The notes under the pieces were generated by a model, which was not told the DNA's origin, searched no databases, and was given only the letters and a program-made list of their open reading frames with translations. A program made the translations under genes and the position numbers. Positions 26,693 to 34,510 of a DNA stretch of 36,920 nt are shown here, piece after piece (position 1 is the first letter of the stretch; each line of letters starts with the position of its first letter). Location of the stretch: IMG/VR virus record IMGVR_UViG_3300010362_000530, positions 1 through 36,920 of that record. One strand, given 5' to 3'. This DNA comes from a virus (taxonomy: Duplodnaviria > Caudoviricetes).

Positions 26693-26850
26693 AAGAACCG
26701 CCGGTTCGCTGCGAGGGCTGCGGCTCGACCAATGTGACCTATGGCGAATTCGAATACGAGACGGGCGTCTATGCGCCTGACGGCGGCGCGGAAACCTGGG
26801 TCTATTACGGATACCACTGCGATGATTGCGGAGCGTTGACGGAGCTATGA
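26674..26850 (+). CDS. 58-aa acidic zinc-ribbon microprotein, absent from the ORF track
   Basis: MVGEEVEEPPVRCEGCGSTNV...YHCDDCGALTEL, with GGAG upstream and an ATGA overlap with the next gene. Confidence 0.7.
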   Translation: MVGEEVEEPPVRCEGCGSTNVTYGEFEYETGVYAPDGGAETWVYYGYHCDDCGALTEL

Positions 26851-27284
26851 CTGACAAAACTGACAAAACCAAGGAGCGGGTGTATTCCTCTCTGGGCGAT
26901 ATCAGCACGAGCGACCCGGACTTTGCGCGGGCGCTTCGCCCCAGCCGGCCCACGGTGATCTGCCTCTGTGGCTCGACGCGATTCTGGCGCGAGTATCAGG
27001 AAGCGAACCGGGACGAGACGCTGCGCGGCAATATCGTCCTGACGGTCGGGTTCTACATGTACCCGCCGCAAGCTCAACCGCTGTTTCCGGGGCTCATGGA
27101 AACCGTCTTGCCGGCGATCAAGGCCGAGCTGGACGAGCTGCACCTGCGGAAGATCGACATGGCCGATGAGGTTCTGTTCTTGAATCGCGACGGGTATATG
27201 GGCGAGAGCACCCGGCGCGAGCTGGCCTATGCGCGGGAAAAAGGCAAAGTCATCCGATTTCTCGAGTCCCCAGCGGGGAGCTAA
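26847..27284 (+). CDS. Nucleoside 2-deoxyribosyltransferase-like fold protein
   Basis: ICLCGSTRF and KIDMADEVLFLN..GY.GEST..E..YA...GK motifs. Confidence 0.75.
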   Translation: MTDKTDKTKERVYSSLGDISTSDPDFARALRPSRPTVICLCGSTRFWREYQEANRDETLRGNIVLTVGFYMYPPQAQPLFPGLMETVLPAIKAELDELHLRKIDMADEVLFLNRDGYMGESTRRELAYAREKGKVIRFLESPAGS

Positions 27285-27595
27285 TGGGAAAAGTCATGAA
27301 CGAAACGCTGGAGGGGCGGAAGGTCAGGATACTGCTGATCGGTCTCGCTTCCGGCGGCTGGCACGAGGCCGTCGGACAATTCATCGTCAGCTACGACCCG
27401 GAGTATCACCTGCCCGACGGATCGTATGACGGCGGCGATCTGGTCTGCACTCGCGACCCGATGCAGGCACGCCTGTTCGAAATGCGGGAAGCGCTGGAGC
27501 TTTGGAAGGCCGGCCCGACGTGCAGTTGCCACCGGACACGGGCGGACGGCCAACCCAACCGACCACTGACGGCGTTCACAGCTAGGCTCCGGTGA
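27284..27595 (+). CDS. Hypothetical phage protein
   Basis: TAATG coupling, C-terminal R.DG.PNRPLTAF motif. Confidence 0.7.
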   Translation: MGKVMNETLEGRKVRILLIGLASGGWHEAVGQFIVSYDPEYHLPDGSYDGGDLVCTRDPMQARLFEMREALELWKAGPTCSCHRTRADGQPNRPLTAFTARLR

Positions 27596-27831
27596 TTGAG
27601 GAAACCATGCCAAATCTAGACACTCTGCGAAAGCTCCCCTACGGTTGGGACGGCGGCAACGCCGAGCCGCCGAGCGAGGAATCGATACGGCTGGCGGAAG
27701 CCATCATCAGCGCTACGCCGGTCGTGCTGCCGCACGAGAGCGGCGGTGTCGTGATCGAATGGCGCGACAGGGCTCAGTCTCTGTTGCTGGTGGAAACCAT
27801 TTCCCGCGAGGGAACTTTTGATCTGGAGTAA
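27592..27831 (+). CDS. Hypothetical protein
   Basis: L..L..GWDG..A.PP motif, in operon. The ATG at 27607 with GAGG is an alternative start. Confidence 0.65.
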   Translation: MIEETMPNLDTLRKLPYGWDGGNAEPPSEESIRLAEAIISATPVVLPHESGGVVIEWRDRAQSLLLVETISREGTFDLE

Positions 27832-27834
27832 CTT

Positions 27835-28080
27835 ATGGCGTCACCCAAGGAAATCGCGGATCTCTTCACCTCGATGCTCACAGACGGGCTTCTGTTGAGC
27901 ATGTCGTCTGGAATTGAGCCGGCGTTCTTGTCCCACCCCATAGAGATTGGAGGTGCGCAGACGTTGTACTTTGTGATCGCCAACGAGGCCGCATTCGAAC
28001 AGGTATTCGTCAAGGCCGCCAGGGACCGTGGCGTAGCGCCAATGGTCAAGAGCGGGGACCGTCCGCGGAGGGTGCAATGA
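27835..28080 (+). CDS. Hypothetical protein
   Basis: GGAG RBS, tightly packed in the operon. Confidence 0.6.
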   Translation: MASPKEIADLFTSMLTDGLLLSMSSGIEPAFLSHPIEIGGAQTLYFVIANEAAFEQVFVKAARDRGVAPMVKSGDRPRRVQ

Positions 28081-28262
28081 CCGATACCGAGTTACTCAAC
28101 TGGGCCGAAGAAAACCTGGATGATGTTCAAGTCATCCGCGACAAAGGTCGCGGCAACAAAGTGATCGTCAGTTTTTGCTTTCCGTCCACCGGATGTCCGG
28201 CTGACGTGGAAGCTGAGACGCTGCGCGGGGCGCTGATGTTGGCGCAAACAGTTACGAGCTGA
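28077..28262 (+). CDS. Hypothetical protein
   Basis: GGAGG RBS, ATGA overlap, MTDTELLNW.E...TLRGAL pattern common in phage small ORFs. Confidence 0.65.
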   Translation: MTDTELLNWAEENLDDVQVIRDKGRGNKVIVSFCFPSTGCPADVEAETLRGALMLAQTVTS

Positions 28263-28267
28263 TCGAC

Positions 28268-28525
28268 ATGGCCGACCTGCCAGATTCCTGGGCCGGGATG
28301 GAAAACGTCCTGAGTAAAAGCGAGGAGGCCGCTACGGTCCCTCACGTGGATCCGCATTCGCCGCACGGCTTCATCGTGGTGGGCGCCGAGTGGCTCAGGC
28401 GGCGTTTTCGCGGCCAGCCGAATCAGGTGCTTCGCGACCACTACTTATTCGCAGCAGCCAACGGGCGCCGCTACTGGTTCCACGATGCGCCAGAGGTGCG
28501 GCGCGAGCTGGGAATGGAGCCATGA
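28268..28525 (+). CDS. Hypothetical protein
   Basis: Fills the operon gap, ATGA-coupled to the next gene. Confidence 0.55.
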   Translation: MADLPDSWAGMENVLSKSEEAATVPHVDPHSPHGFIVVGAEWLRRRFRGQPNQVLRDHYLFAAANGRRYWFHDAPEVRRELGMEP

Positions 28526-29673
28526 AGCGCGACGAAAAACTGGCGGCGATAGTCGAGCGCCCGGTCCATTATCTGGCGCAGTGCTCCCGAAGATTTCCGC
28601 AGGTTTGGCGGCAGCACGATCAGGCGCGGCGAGAGTATAAGCCAATTCTTAACTGGCCTGATTGGTGTTATGCGCCGGTGGCTGTGACTGCCATAGCAAT
28701 ATTGGGCGCCCCGGCCTTGCATGCGTCCAACGAATTGATAGACGAGCAGGCAGCGATCATGAAATGTTATTCGGCATTGGCCGCTTGGCGCATCACCAAG
28801 GGCGTCTATATCTTCGATCAAACGATCTGGGACCGATTATGGGAGACGCAGATAGAGGGCGATTTGCCGGTCGAGGTCCTGCGACAATTGCCGGAGTATT
28901 GCGTATATATTCCATTCCCGCGGCCCTTGGATTACTACACTATAGACTGCTTCCACCGTATACCGATCTATGGTTTCTTTGCTCACCTTGAGCAGCTTTC
29001 GGCTGGGGATACCTATCTACTACTGACTCTCGACATTGATACCAGTTCCGTGCGGGGCTGCGATGTGGGCGCCTACCATGAATTAGTGAATATCACGCTC
29101 CCGCTAAAGGGCGACTTATCTGAGTGCTGTAGGTTATTTGTCGGAGGATTAAAGCGAGGGCTTGGGGATAGGAGGCGCATGGCCGAGGCGGGAGAAATTG
29201 ACGCGGAACAAATCCCCTACTTTCTCGATGCAGAACAGTGGGTCGATCATCAGCAGGACCTGCTCATTCGTCCGCTTCTCGCGATCTTGCTCTACCTTTG
29301 CACAGCCGAGGCTGACATTCGCGGCCCCGACCCGATTCGCGGCCTCCGTACTTATAAATCAAAGCGCGGCCTTCGAGCCCTAACGCCGGATGAACCGACC
29401 ATCCGCGAAGTTGGGTATGTAATCGGCGCGAAGTTCCGAGCGGCGATAGCGGCGGCTTCGTCGCGGAGCGCTGGCGGCGGCGGGGCCCACGGCAGTCCCA
29501 TGCCTCATGTCCGGCGGGCTCATTATCACGGCTATTGGATCGGGCCGAAGGCCGCCATCGAAGGCGAGCAGCCCACCAGCCGGCGATTCATTTTGAAGTG
29601 GCTGAATCCGATCTTCGTCAACATGGGGGAGGGCGGCGAGAGTATCCCGACCGTTCATCAGGTGGTCGCATGA
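28522..29673 (+). CDS. AcrVA2/FinQ-like protein (putative anti-CRISPR family member), 383 aa
   Basis: Ordered motifs AAWR.T.G.Y.FD, G.LP.E.L..LPE.C.YI, GFFAHLE, PLL..LLYLC and SP.PHVRRAHYH.YW.G...LKWL.PI.V, recalled as typical of this family. Start reassigned to the ATG at 28522 (GGAG RBS). Confidence 0.7.
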   Translation: MKRDEKLAAIVERPVHYLAQCSRRFPQVWRQHDQARREYKPILNWPDWCYAPVAVTAIAILGAPALHASNELIDEQAAIMKCYSALAAWRITKGVYIFDQTIWDRLWETQIEGDLPVEVLRQLPEYCVYIPFPRPLDYYTIDCFHRIPIYGFFAHLEQLSAGDTYLLLTLDIDTSSVRGCDVGAYHELVNITLPLKGDLSECCRLFVGGLKRGLGDRRRMAEAGEIDAEQIPYFLDAEQWVDHQQDLLIRPLLAILLYLCTAEADIRGPDPIRGLRTYKSKRGLRALTPDEPTIREVGYVIGAKFRAAIAAASSRSAGGGGAHGSPMPHVRRAHYHGYWIGPKAAIEGEQPTSRRFILKWLNPIFVNMGEGGESIPTVHQVVA

Positions 29674-29975
29674 AGGAAATGCAGCCGGCGCTGCGCTCGC
29701 CTGAGGAGGTCCAGCGGGCGCACCACATTCTCATGAGCCTCATTTTCGAAGACGATCTGCGGGGCTACATATTCAGCAATTGCGAGCCGGCGATGGCGTA
29801 TGAATGCCTGAAGGCTCAATGCGACATCCTGTGCTGGGTCTCGCGGCATGAACACAATCAAACCTTCGCCAAACACCTGCGCCAGATCGAAGCGGGGCTG
29901 CGCGAGGCCGGCGTCGAGATACTGAACAGCGGCGAGCTGAAGCGGAGGCCGCCGAAGAGTCAATCAACTAGATAG
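29670..29975 (+). CDS. Hypothetical protein
   Basis: ATGA-coupled to the AcrVA2-like gene. EEVQRAH..L...D.LCWV..H.H..TF. Confidence 0.65.
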   Translation: MKEMQPALRSPEEVQRAHHILMSLIFEDDLRGYIFSNCEPAMAYECLKAQCDILCWVSRHEHNQTFAKHLRQIEAGLREAGVEILNSGELKRRPPKSQSTR

Positions 29976-29986
29976 AAGGAGGAGCT

Positions 29987-30547
29987 ATGGGAGACGTTTC
30001 AACGCCAACAGTAGCAGTGGACCTCACTACATCCACAGACAGCAGCGCCACAGCGCCGCCTGACGGCGGCTTGCGAGACAGCGTCGGGCAATTGCCATCA
30101 TTGCCGGCAACGCCCGAGGAATTCAACAACGATATGCGGGAGGCGCAGATCGCCGAGTTCGGCGACCCGGATGGGTGGCAAATGAACACCAGGACGGGAC
30201 CGGAACCGAGCCCGGTGTGCGCTTTTCCGTCGCTATATTTTTTGGGATATGTGACGGTGTCGCTTCCTCAAGGCGGATTCAGACAAGAGGCGCCGCGCTA
30301 CTGCGGAACCGGCTACGCGGCGGCTGTGATGCTCAGCTTCACGCAGAAGTATTTCGACGCCGACGCATCGATGTACTACGACTGGCCCCAAGACGATGAG
30401 TACGGTGGCGGCTATTCCTCGAACCGCAAAGTGCCGTGGCTGAAGTCCGGATCGAAGAAGGCCAATGTGGGGCTGATGAGCGAGTATTTTACTCACAATT
30501 ATCCGTCCGGGAAGGCGATGGTCGCCGCTCTGGCCGAATTCCGATAG
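29987..30547 (+). CDS. Hypothetical protein
   Basis: Very strong AAGGAGGAG RBS, followed by a hairpin. Confidence 0.7.
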   Translation: MGDVSTPTVAVDLTTSTDSSATAPPDGGLRDSVGQLPSLPATPEEFNNDMREAQIAEFGDPDGWQMNTRTGPEPSPVCAFPSLYFLGYVTVSLPQGGFRQEAPRYCGTGYAAAVMLSFTQKYFDADASMYYDWPQDDEYGGGYSSNRKVPWLKSGSKKANVGLMSEYFTHNYPSGKAMVAALAEFR

Positions 30548-30563
30548 GGTCCGCGCCCCGCTG

Positions 30564-30600
30564 GCGGCGGCTTCTCGCAAGGAGGCCGCCGCTGGCGTTT
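30564..30600 (+). terminator. GC-rich hairpin with GCAA tetraloop, probable terminator
   Basis: GCGGCGGCTTCTC-GCAA-GGAGGCCGCCGC with G-U pairs. The U-tract is weak. Confidence 0.55.
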
Positions 30601-30613
30601 CACCCCAAGATCA

Positions 30614-30642
30614 TTGATGGATTATAAATATGTTGTTAACGT
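30614..30642 (+). promoter_or_regulatory. Putative promoter for a leaderless recombination-module transcript
   Basis: TTGATG, 17-nt spacer, TAACGT with extended TG, 6 nt before the ATG at 30649, which has no SD. Confidence 0.45.
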
Positions 30643-30648
30643 CGGATT

Positions 30649-30993
30649 ATGACGGACACTTCAACTGCCACCCGGTTGCCCTATGGCGCCGGGAGCATTC
30701 AATTTCGAGGGCAGGTTTTCTGGGCCTGCTACAAGACGAACCAGGGCGAACTCTCCCAGGTGAATACGCATACCGCCGACCGCGGGTTAGCGCTCAAGCT
30801 CTGCGCACAGCTTGTCCTGGCGCAGTGGCGCGAGCGCCTCGCCGATCTGGAGGCGATCGCTGATGGCCGCCAGGAAAATCAAGGTCAGGGTGAAGCCGGC
30901 GGAAGAGACGCCAGACGGCGAGGAGCTGCTCGTTCGGGCGCTGCGGGCCACCGTAAAACTGGGCGAAAAGGTACTCAGGGAGGAACACGGTAA
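30649..30993 (+). CDS. Small protein resembling a tyrosine-integrase arm-binding domain (RDF/excisionase candidate)
   Basis: R..YGAGSIQFRGQVFWACY....G......T.T.D...A.KL pattern. TAATG-coupled to the recombinase. Confidence 0.55.
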   Translation: MTDTSTATRLPYGAGSIQFRGQVFWACYKTNQGELSQVNTHTADRGLALKLCAQLVLAQWRERLADLEAIADGRQENQGQGEAGGRDARRRGAARSGAAGHRKTGRKGTQGGTR

Positions 30994-31072
30994 TGGCGGC
31001 AAGCGCACTCGTAAAACCGAGTCCCCAACAGACGATGCTCATCGGAGCGAAGATCACCAGGGTGAGCCTTGA
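30863..31072 (+). CDS. Possible overlapping small basic protein
   Basis: GGAGG 9 nt before the ATG at 30863 (MAARKIKVRVKP...). Overlaps both neighbours. Confidence 0.35.
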   Translation: MAARKIKVRVKPAEETPDGEELLVRALRATVKLGEKVLREEHGNGGKRTRKTESPTDDAHRSEDHQGEP

Positions 31073-32828
31073 GCGTCAGGTCGGCAACTATTCAGCCGAT
31101 GCGCAGGACCGGAAGTTTGACAAGCTGGGCCAGGAGAACGGCGTCATTTTTCCCGACGAATTTCGCGTCGATGACGAAGGCTACAGCGGCGCGGACTTCA
31201 ACCGGCCCTCGATCAAGAAAACTATGCGCTGGGTGAAGGAAGGCCGCATCAACGTCGTGGGTTGGGCGCACATTGACCGCTTCGCCCGCAACGTCGAGGG
31301 CGGGCTGGCGACGATTCGGATGTTTCGCAAGGCAGGGGCGCAGATCCTGCTGGGGCATCTGGGCCTGTACCGGGATGAATCGACTTTCCGGCTGCACATG
31401 CTCATCTACATGATGCTCGCCGAGCATCAGCGGGACGTGATTCGCGAGAAGTCGATCGAGGGCGTCTTCGAGAAAGTCCGCAAGGGGTTCGCGCACGGTG
31501 GCCGCTCGCCGTATGGATGGCGATTCGTCACCGCCCTGGAGCTGGCCGCGAAAGAAGTCGAGCAGGCCCGCCGGGAAGGCCGCGAACCGGTGATCGAGCG
31601 CAAGCCCAAGAACGTTCACGAGCCGGTCGCCGAGCATCATAGGGTCCTGCACCTGATGGAGGATGCCATCCTCGCCGGCGAGAGCCAACGCGGCGTCTGC
31701 CGGTTTCTGCTGGAGCAGGGCGTCAAGAGCCCGACCGGCAAACCACGCTGGAATCCGACGACCGTGACCAGCATTGTCCACGACCTGCTTTACTCGACTG
31801 CCATTTGGCATTACAACAAGCACATGAACGTCGAGGTCGAGCCGGAAGATATGCGCAACCCCAACGGCGATCGCCACCGCATGAAGACCGGACACCGGCT
31901 GCGGGCCGAGAGCGAATGGATCGAACAGAAGCTGGCCGGCGGCCCCGTCTGGACGCCCCAACGGCAAGCCGAGCTGATCGTCGCCCTGGAGCGCAATGGT
32001 CGCACGTCCGTTGGCAAGCCCGCCCGCCCGGCGTCTGAGGGCGGCGTGAAGTCCGTTCTGTCGGGCATGTTGACATGCGGTCGCAGGACCATCACCGGCG
32101 AGATCTGCAACCATGCATGGGCGCCGCGGCAGAAGTCCACTCCCAACGGGCGCCGTCTGCGGTACGGCTGCACCAACCGTGATGACCTGACGGGCGCGGA
32201 GCTGTGCCAGAAGGTCACTGTAGAGCGCACGGGCAGCGGCCCGCGGCATGCGGGCAACCCGACCAAGGAAATTCGCACCTGGGACGGCCCCATGCTGGAG
32301 GAAACTCTCTGCCAGGGCGTTGCCGATGCTCTCATCGCGCAATTGCCTGATCTCGTGCGTCGGCACCAGGATCAGATGAACGACAGTTTCGACGCCGCCG
32401 AACTCGACAGCATGAAGGCGAGGGAGAAAAAGCTGGCGGCCAAGCTGGACGAAGCGCGGCGGAAGGAAATTTTGGCGGATGACGCCGAAGCCAAGGAGAC
32501 GTATTCTAATCTGGTGGCGGAACTCAAGGGCGAACTGAAGCTGCTTCAGAGGCGTCTCGCTACGATGGCCGGCGAGGCTGAAGAGATCGTCGTGAACTAC
32601 CGCACCATCGCAGCCAAGGTCAAAGCTGCCGCAACCGCACGCCTTCCTGAGAACCGGCGGGCGTTCCTGCTGATCTGGGTGGCCGAGATCGTCATGCTGG
32701 AGCACGAGGCTGAAGTGACGCTGAAAGTGCCCATAGCGAACTCAACCAGGGGTGCTAACTGTCCAGTGCAGCAACCTGCACTTGACAATTACATCCACCT
32801 GAAAACAAAGGTTCGGGTCGCCGCATGA
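30993..32828 (+). CDS. Large serine recombinase (phage integrase)
   Basis: RVS catalytic motif, D.GYSG....RP, DRFARN, PYGW recombinase domain, LSGMLTCG Zn-ribbon and coiled coil. 611 aa. Confidence 0.93.
   Translation: MAASALVKPSPQQTMLIGAKITRVSLERQVGNYSADAQDRKFDKLGQENGVIFPDEFRVDDEGYSGADFNRPSIKKTMRWVKEGRINVVGWAHIDRFARNVEGGLATIRMFRKAGAQILLGHLGLYRDESTFRLHMLIYMMLAEHQRDVIREKSIEGVFEKVRKGFAHGGRSPYGWRFVTALELAAKEVEQARREGREPVIERKPKNVHEPVAEHHRVLHLMEDAILAGESQRGVCRFLLEQGVKSPTGKPRWNPTTVTSIVHDLLYSTAIWHYNKHMNVEVEPEDMRNPNGDRHRMKTGHRLRAESEWIEQKLAGGPVWTPQRQAELIVALERNGRTSVGKPARPASEGGVKSVLSGMLTCGRRTITGEICNHAWAPRQKSTPNGRRLRYGCTNRDDLTGAELCQKVTVERTGSGPRHAGNPTKEIRTWDGPMLEETLCQGVADALIAQLPDLVRRHQDQMNDSFDAAELDSMKAREKKLAAKLDEARRKEILADDAEAKETYSNLVAELKGELKLLQRRLATMAGEAEEIVVNYRTIAAKVKAAATARLPENRRAFLLIWVAEIVMLEHEAEVTLKVPIANSTRGANCPVQQPALDNYIHLKTKVRVAA
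32756..32791. repeat. 36-bp imperfect dyad, candidate attP
   Basis: TAACTGTCCAGTGCAG-caac-CTGCACTTGACAATTA, 14 of 16 positions symmetric, inside the recombinase 3' end. Confidence 0.55.
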
Positions 32829-33034
32829 AGGCGACCCAAACTCGAGTGAACTACCCCGAGCCGCCGTCCAGCCCTAGCGCTGGCGGCGGCTTTTGCATTG
32901 ATACACCTGAGACGGATCGATACGGATCAATCCAGGTTGATACCGGCTGGCAGTGGACCTGCCGATGGTGCGGCCACGGCAACCGTGGAACCGACTCCGG
33001 CTATTTCTGCGAACGCTGCGGGTGCCACCGATGA
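32825..33034 (+). CDS. Small Zn-ribbon protein (start uncertain)
   Basis: W.CRWCG..N......CERCG, ATGA overlaps at both ends. The 5' part overlaps the terminator. Confidence 0.5.
   Translation: MKATQTRVNYPEPPSSPSAGGGFCIDTPETDRYGSIQVDTGWQWTCRWCGHGNRGTDSGYFCERCGCHR
32859..32894 (+). terminator. Intrinsic terminator downstream of the recombinase
   Basis: GCCGCCG(T)CCAGC / GCTGGCGGCGGC stem followed by TTTT. Confidence 0.7.
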
Positions 33035-33231
33035 TCCGGGTCGAATTTCAGGTCGCCGGCAAGGTCTACCAGTGCGCTGTGGGCGACGGCCCGCCGCCGC
33101 CGGAAACTCTGAAGCTGGTCTTCAAGCCCTGCACTCTCAAACCGCCGGTCGAGCTGCAACTGCGGTTCCTGGGGACCGATGAACTGCGCGGCGTCGAGCT
33201 GTACCGGCCCGCGGAAATGGAGGTCGCGTGA
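33031..33231 (+). CDS. Hypothetical protein
   Basis: ATG at 33031 (MIRVEFQVAG...), coupled at both ends. Confidence 0.6.
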   Translation: MIRVEFQVAGKVYQCAVGDGPPPPETLKLVFKPCTLKPPVELQLRFLGTDELRGVELYRPAEMEVA

Positions 33232-33779
33232 ATGACCATCGTTCGCTGAAAGAGCTGCTCATCGAGGTCGAAGGCTGTGTCGAACACTTGTACTTGGACA
33301 CCCGCGGCAACGCCACGATCGGCGTTGGTCACCTCGTGCATGATCCCGACCGATTGCCACTGCTGCGCGAGGATGGATCTCCCGCGAACGTGAACGAAAT
33401 CCGCCAGGAATGGGGGATTGTGATGCGCCAGCCGCCCGCCCTGCTCGCGTCGATGTATCGCAAGTTCACCAAGCTCCACCTCGCGCCCGAAGCCATCACG
33501 GCCCTTCTAGACGCCGATATCGCCGCCGTCAAGGCCGGCGTCGGCAATCACTTCGCCGGATTTGAAGATTATGCCGACGGCCCGATGGATGCGTTGTTGG
33601 ACATGGCGTTTAATTTGGGCGCGGGCGGTTTGCTGCGCTACACCCGGCTCCGCGCCGCCGCCGAGGCAAAGGACTGGCGCACGTGCGCCGCTGAATGTCA
33701 CCGCCGCGGAATCCCCGAGTCGCGCAATGAGCGCACTCGGCAAATGTTCCTGAGCGCTGCGCAGCCGGAGGCCGCCTGA
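33228..33779 (+). CDS. Phage lysozyme/endolysin, GH24 (T4-lysozyme-like)
   Basis: EG....Y.D..G..TIGVGHL (E-x8-D-x5-T) and ALLDMAFNLG. GGAGGT RBS. Confidence 0.92.
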   Translation: MNDHRSLKELLIEVEGCVEHLYLDTRGNATIGVGHLVHDPDRLPLLREDGSPANVNEIRQEWGIVMRQPPALLASMYRKFTKLHLAPEAITALLDADIAAVKAGVGNHFAGFEDYADGPMDALLDMAFNLGAGGLLRYTRLRAAAEAKDWRTCAAECHRRGIPESRNERTRQMFLSAAQPEAA

Positions 33780-33935
33780 ATGGGCATGCATAAACTCGCC
33801 CGCTGTAAACGCGGCTTGCATGATCTGATCGGCTGGAACGCAATCCTCAAAGCAGATAACTCACGCGAGTGCCGAGCCTGCCGTTATGTGCGGACCAATT
33901 CGAGGAAAAAGAGACAACGCGGCCAGAGGAACTGA
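33780..33935 (+). CDS. 51-aa basic Zn-finger microprotein, absent from the ORF track
   Basis: MGMHKLARCKRGLHDLIGWNAILKADNSRECRACRYVRTNSRKKRQRGQRN, GGAGG RBS. Confidence 0.7.
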   Translation: MGMHKLARCKRGLHDLIGWNAILKADNSRECRACRYVRTNSRKKRQRGQRN

Positions 33936-33938
33936 GAC

Positions 33939-34268
33939 ATGAATTGCCCGACCTGCCAAGCGCTGATCCCCGACAACCGCGTGGCGTGCCCGTTGTGCAC
34001 GTCGAAGCTGAACGACGAAGCCCTGGCCGCGGCGCAAGCCAGTTACCTGCCGAAAATTCTCGACGGCAAAGATGATCTGCGCACTGCCTTAATCGGCGGG
34101 CAGCGCCACGTTCGGATGTTTGGGACCGAGATCACGTTCTGCAACAAGGCCATCAGCCGCGGGAATAAACGTGGCTACCTGCCATGGGACCAGCTCGACA
34201 AATCCGACGTGTGCACTCAGTGCCGAATCCGGGTCCGCGCCGTCGCCCAGGAGGTGGCCGCTGCGTGA
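33939..34268 (+). CDS. Hypothetical Zn-finger protein
   Basis: CPTC..CPLC and H...C...CTQC, GAGG RBS. Confidence 0.7.
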   Translation: MNCPTCQALIPDNRVACPLCTSKLNDEALAAAQASYLPKILDGKDDLRTALIGGQRHVRMFGTEITFCNKAISRGNKRGYLPWDQLDKSDVCTQCRIRVRAVAQEVAAA

Positions 34269-34510
34269 TGCCCAGTGTCCATATTCGGCTGATCTGGTGG
34301 CGCAACCCGAACGTTCCCGATCGCATCGAGGGCCGGTTGCAGGTCGCCTGCTCCAGTGAGGAGTGGAAGATAGTCGGCGTGATTTCATGCCAACGGCCCG
34401 AATGGGTCGCCCTGGTGGGCGCACTCATGATCGCCGGCGTTGAGGTGACTTACAGGCCGGCGGAAGAGCCAAAGGAGGCCCATGGGATTCACCAAGCGAT
34501 TTCAACTTGA
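34268..34510 (+). CDS. Hypothetical protein
   Basis: TGATG coupling with GGAGGT RBS (MPSVHIRLIWW...). Confidence 0.6.
   Translation: MPSVHIRLIWWRNPNVPDRIEGRLQVACSSEEWKIVGVISCQRPEWVALVGALMIAGVEVTYRPAEEPKEAHGIHQAIST

Noticed and set aside
32782-32810. TTGACA as a -35 element
   Set aside because: No plausible -10 hexamer at 16-18 nt. It is part of the dyad arm.
32895-32945. Alternative attP downstream of the recombinase (GGATCGAT-acgg-ATCAATCC, T(T/C)GATAC x3)
   Set aside because: Shorter and weaker symmetry than the 32756-32791 dyad. Kept only as a fallback.
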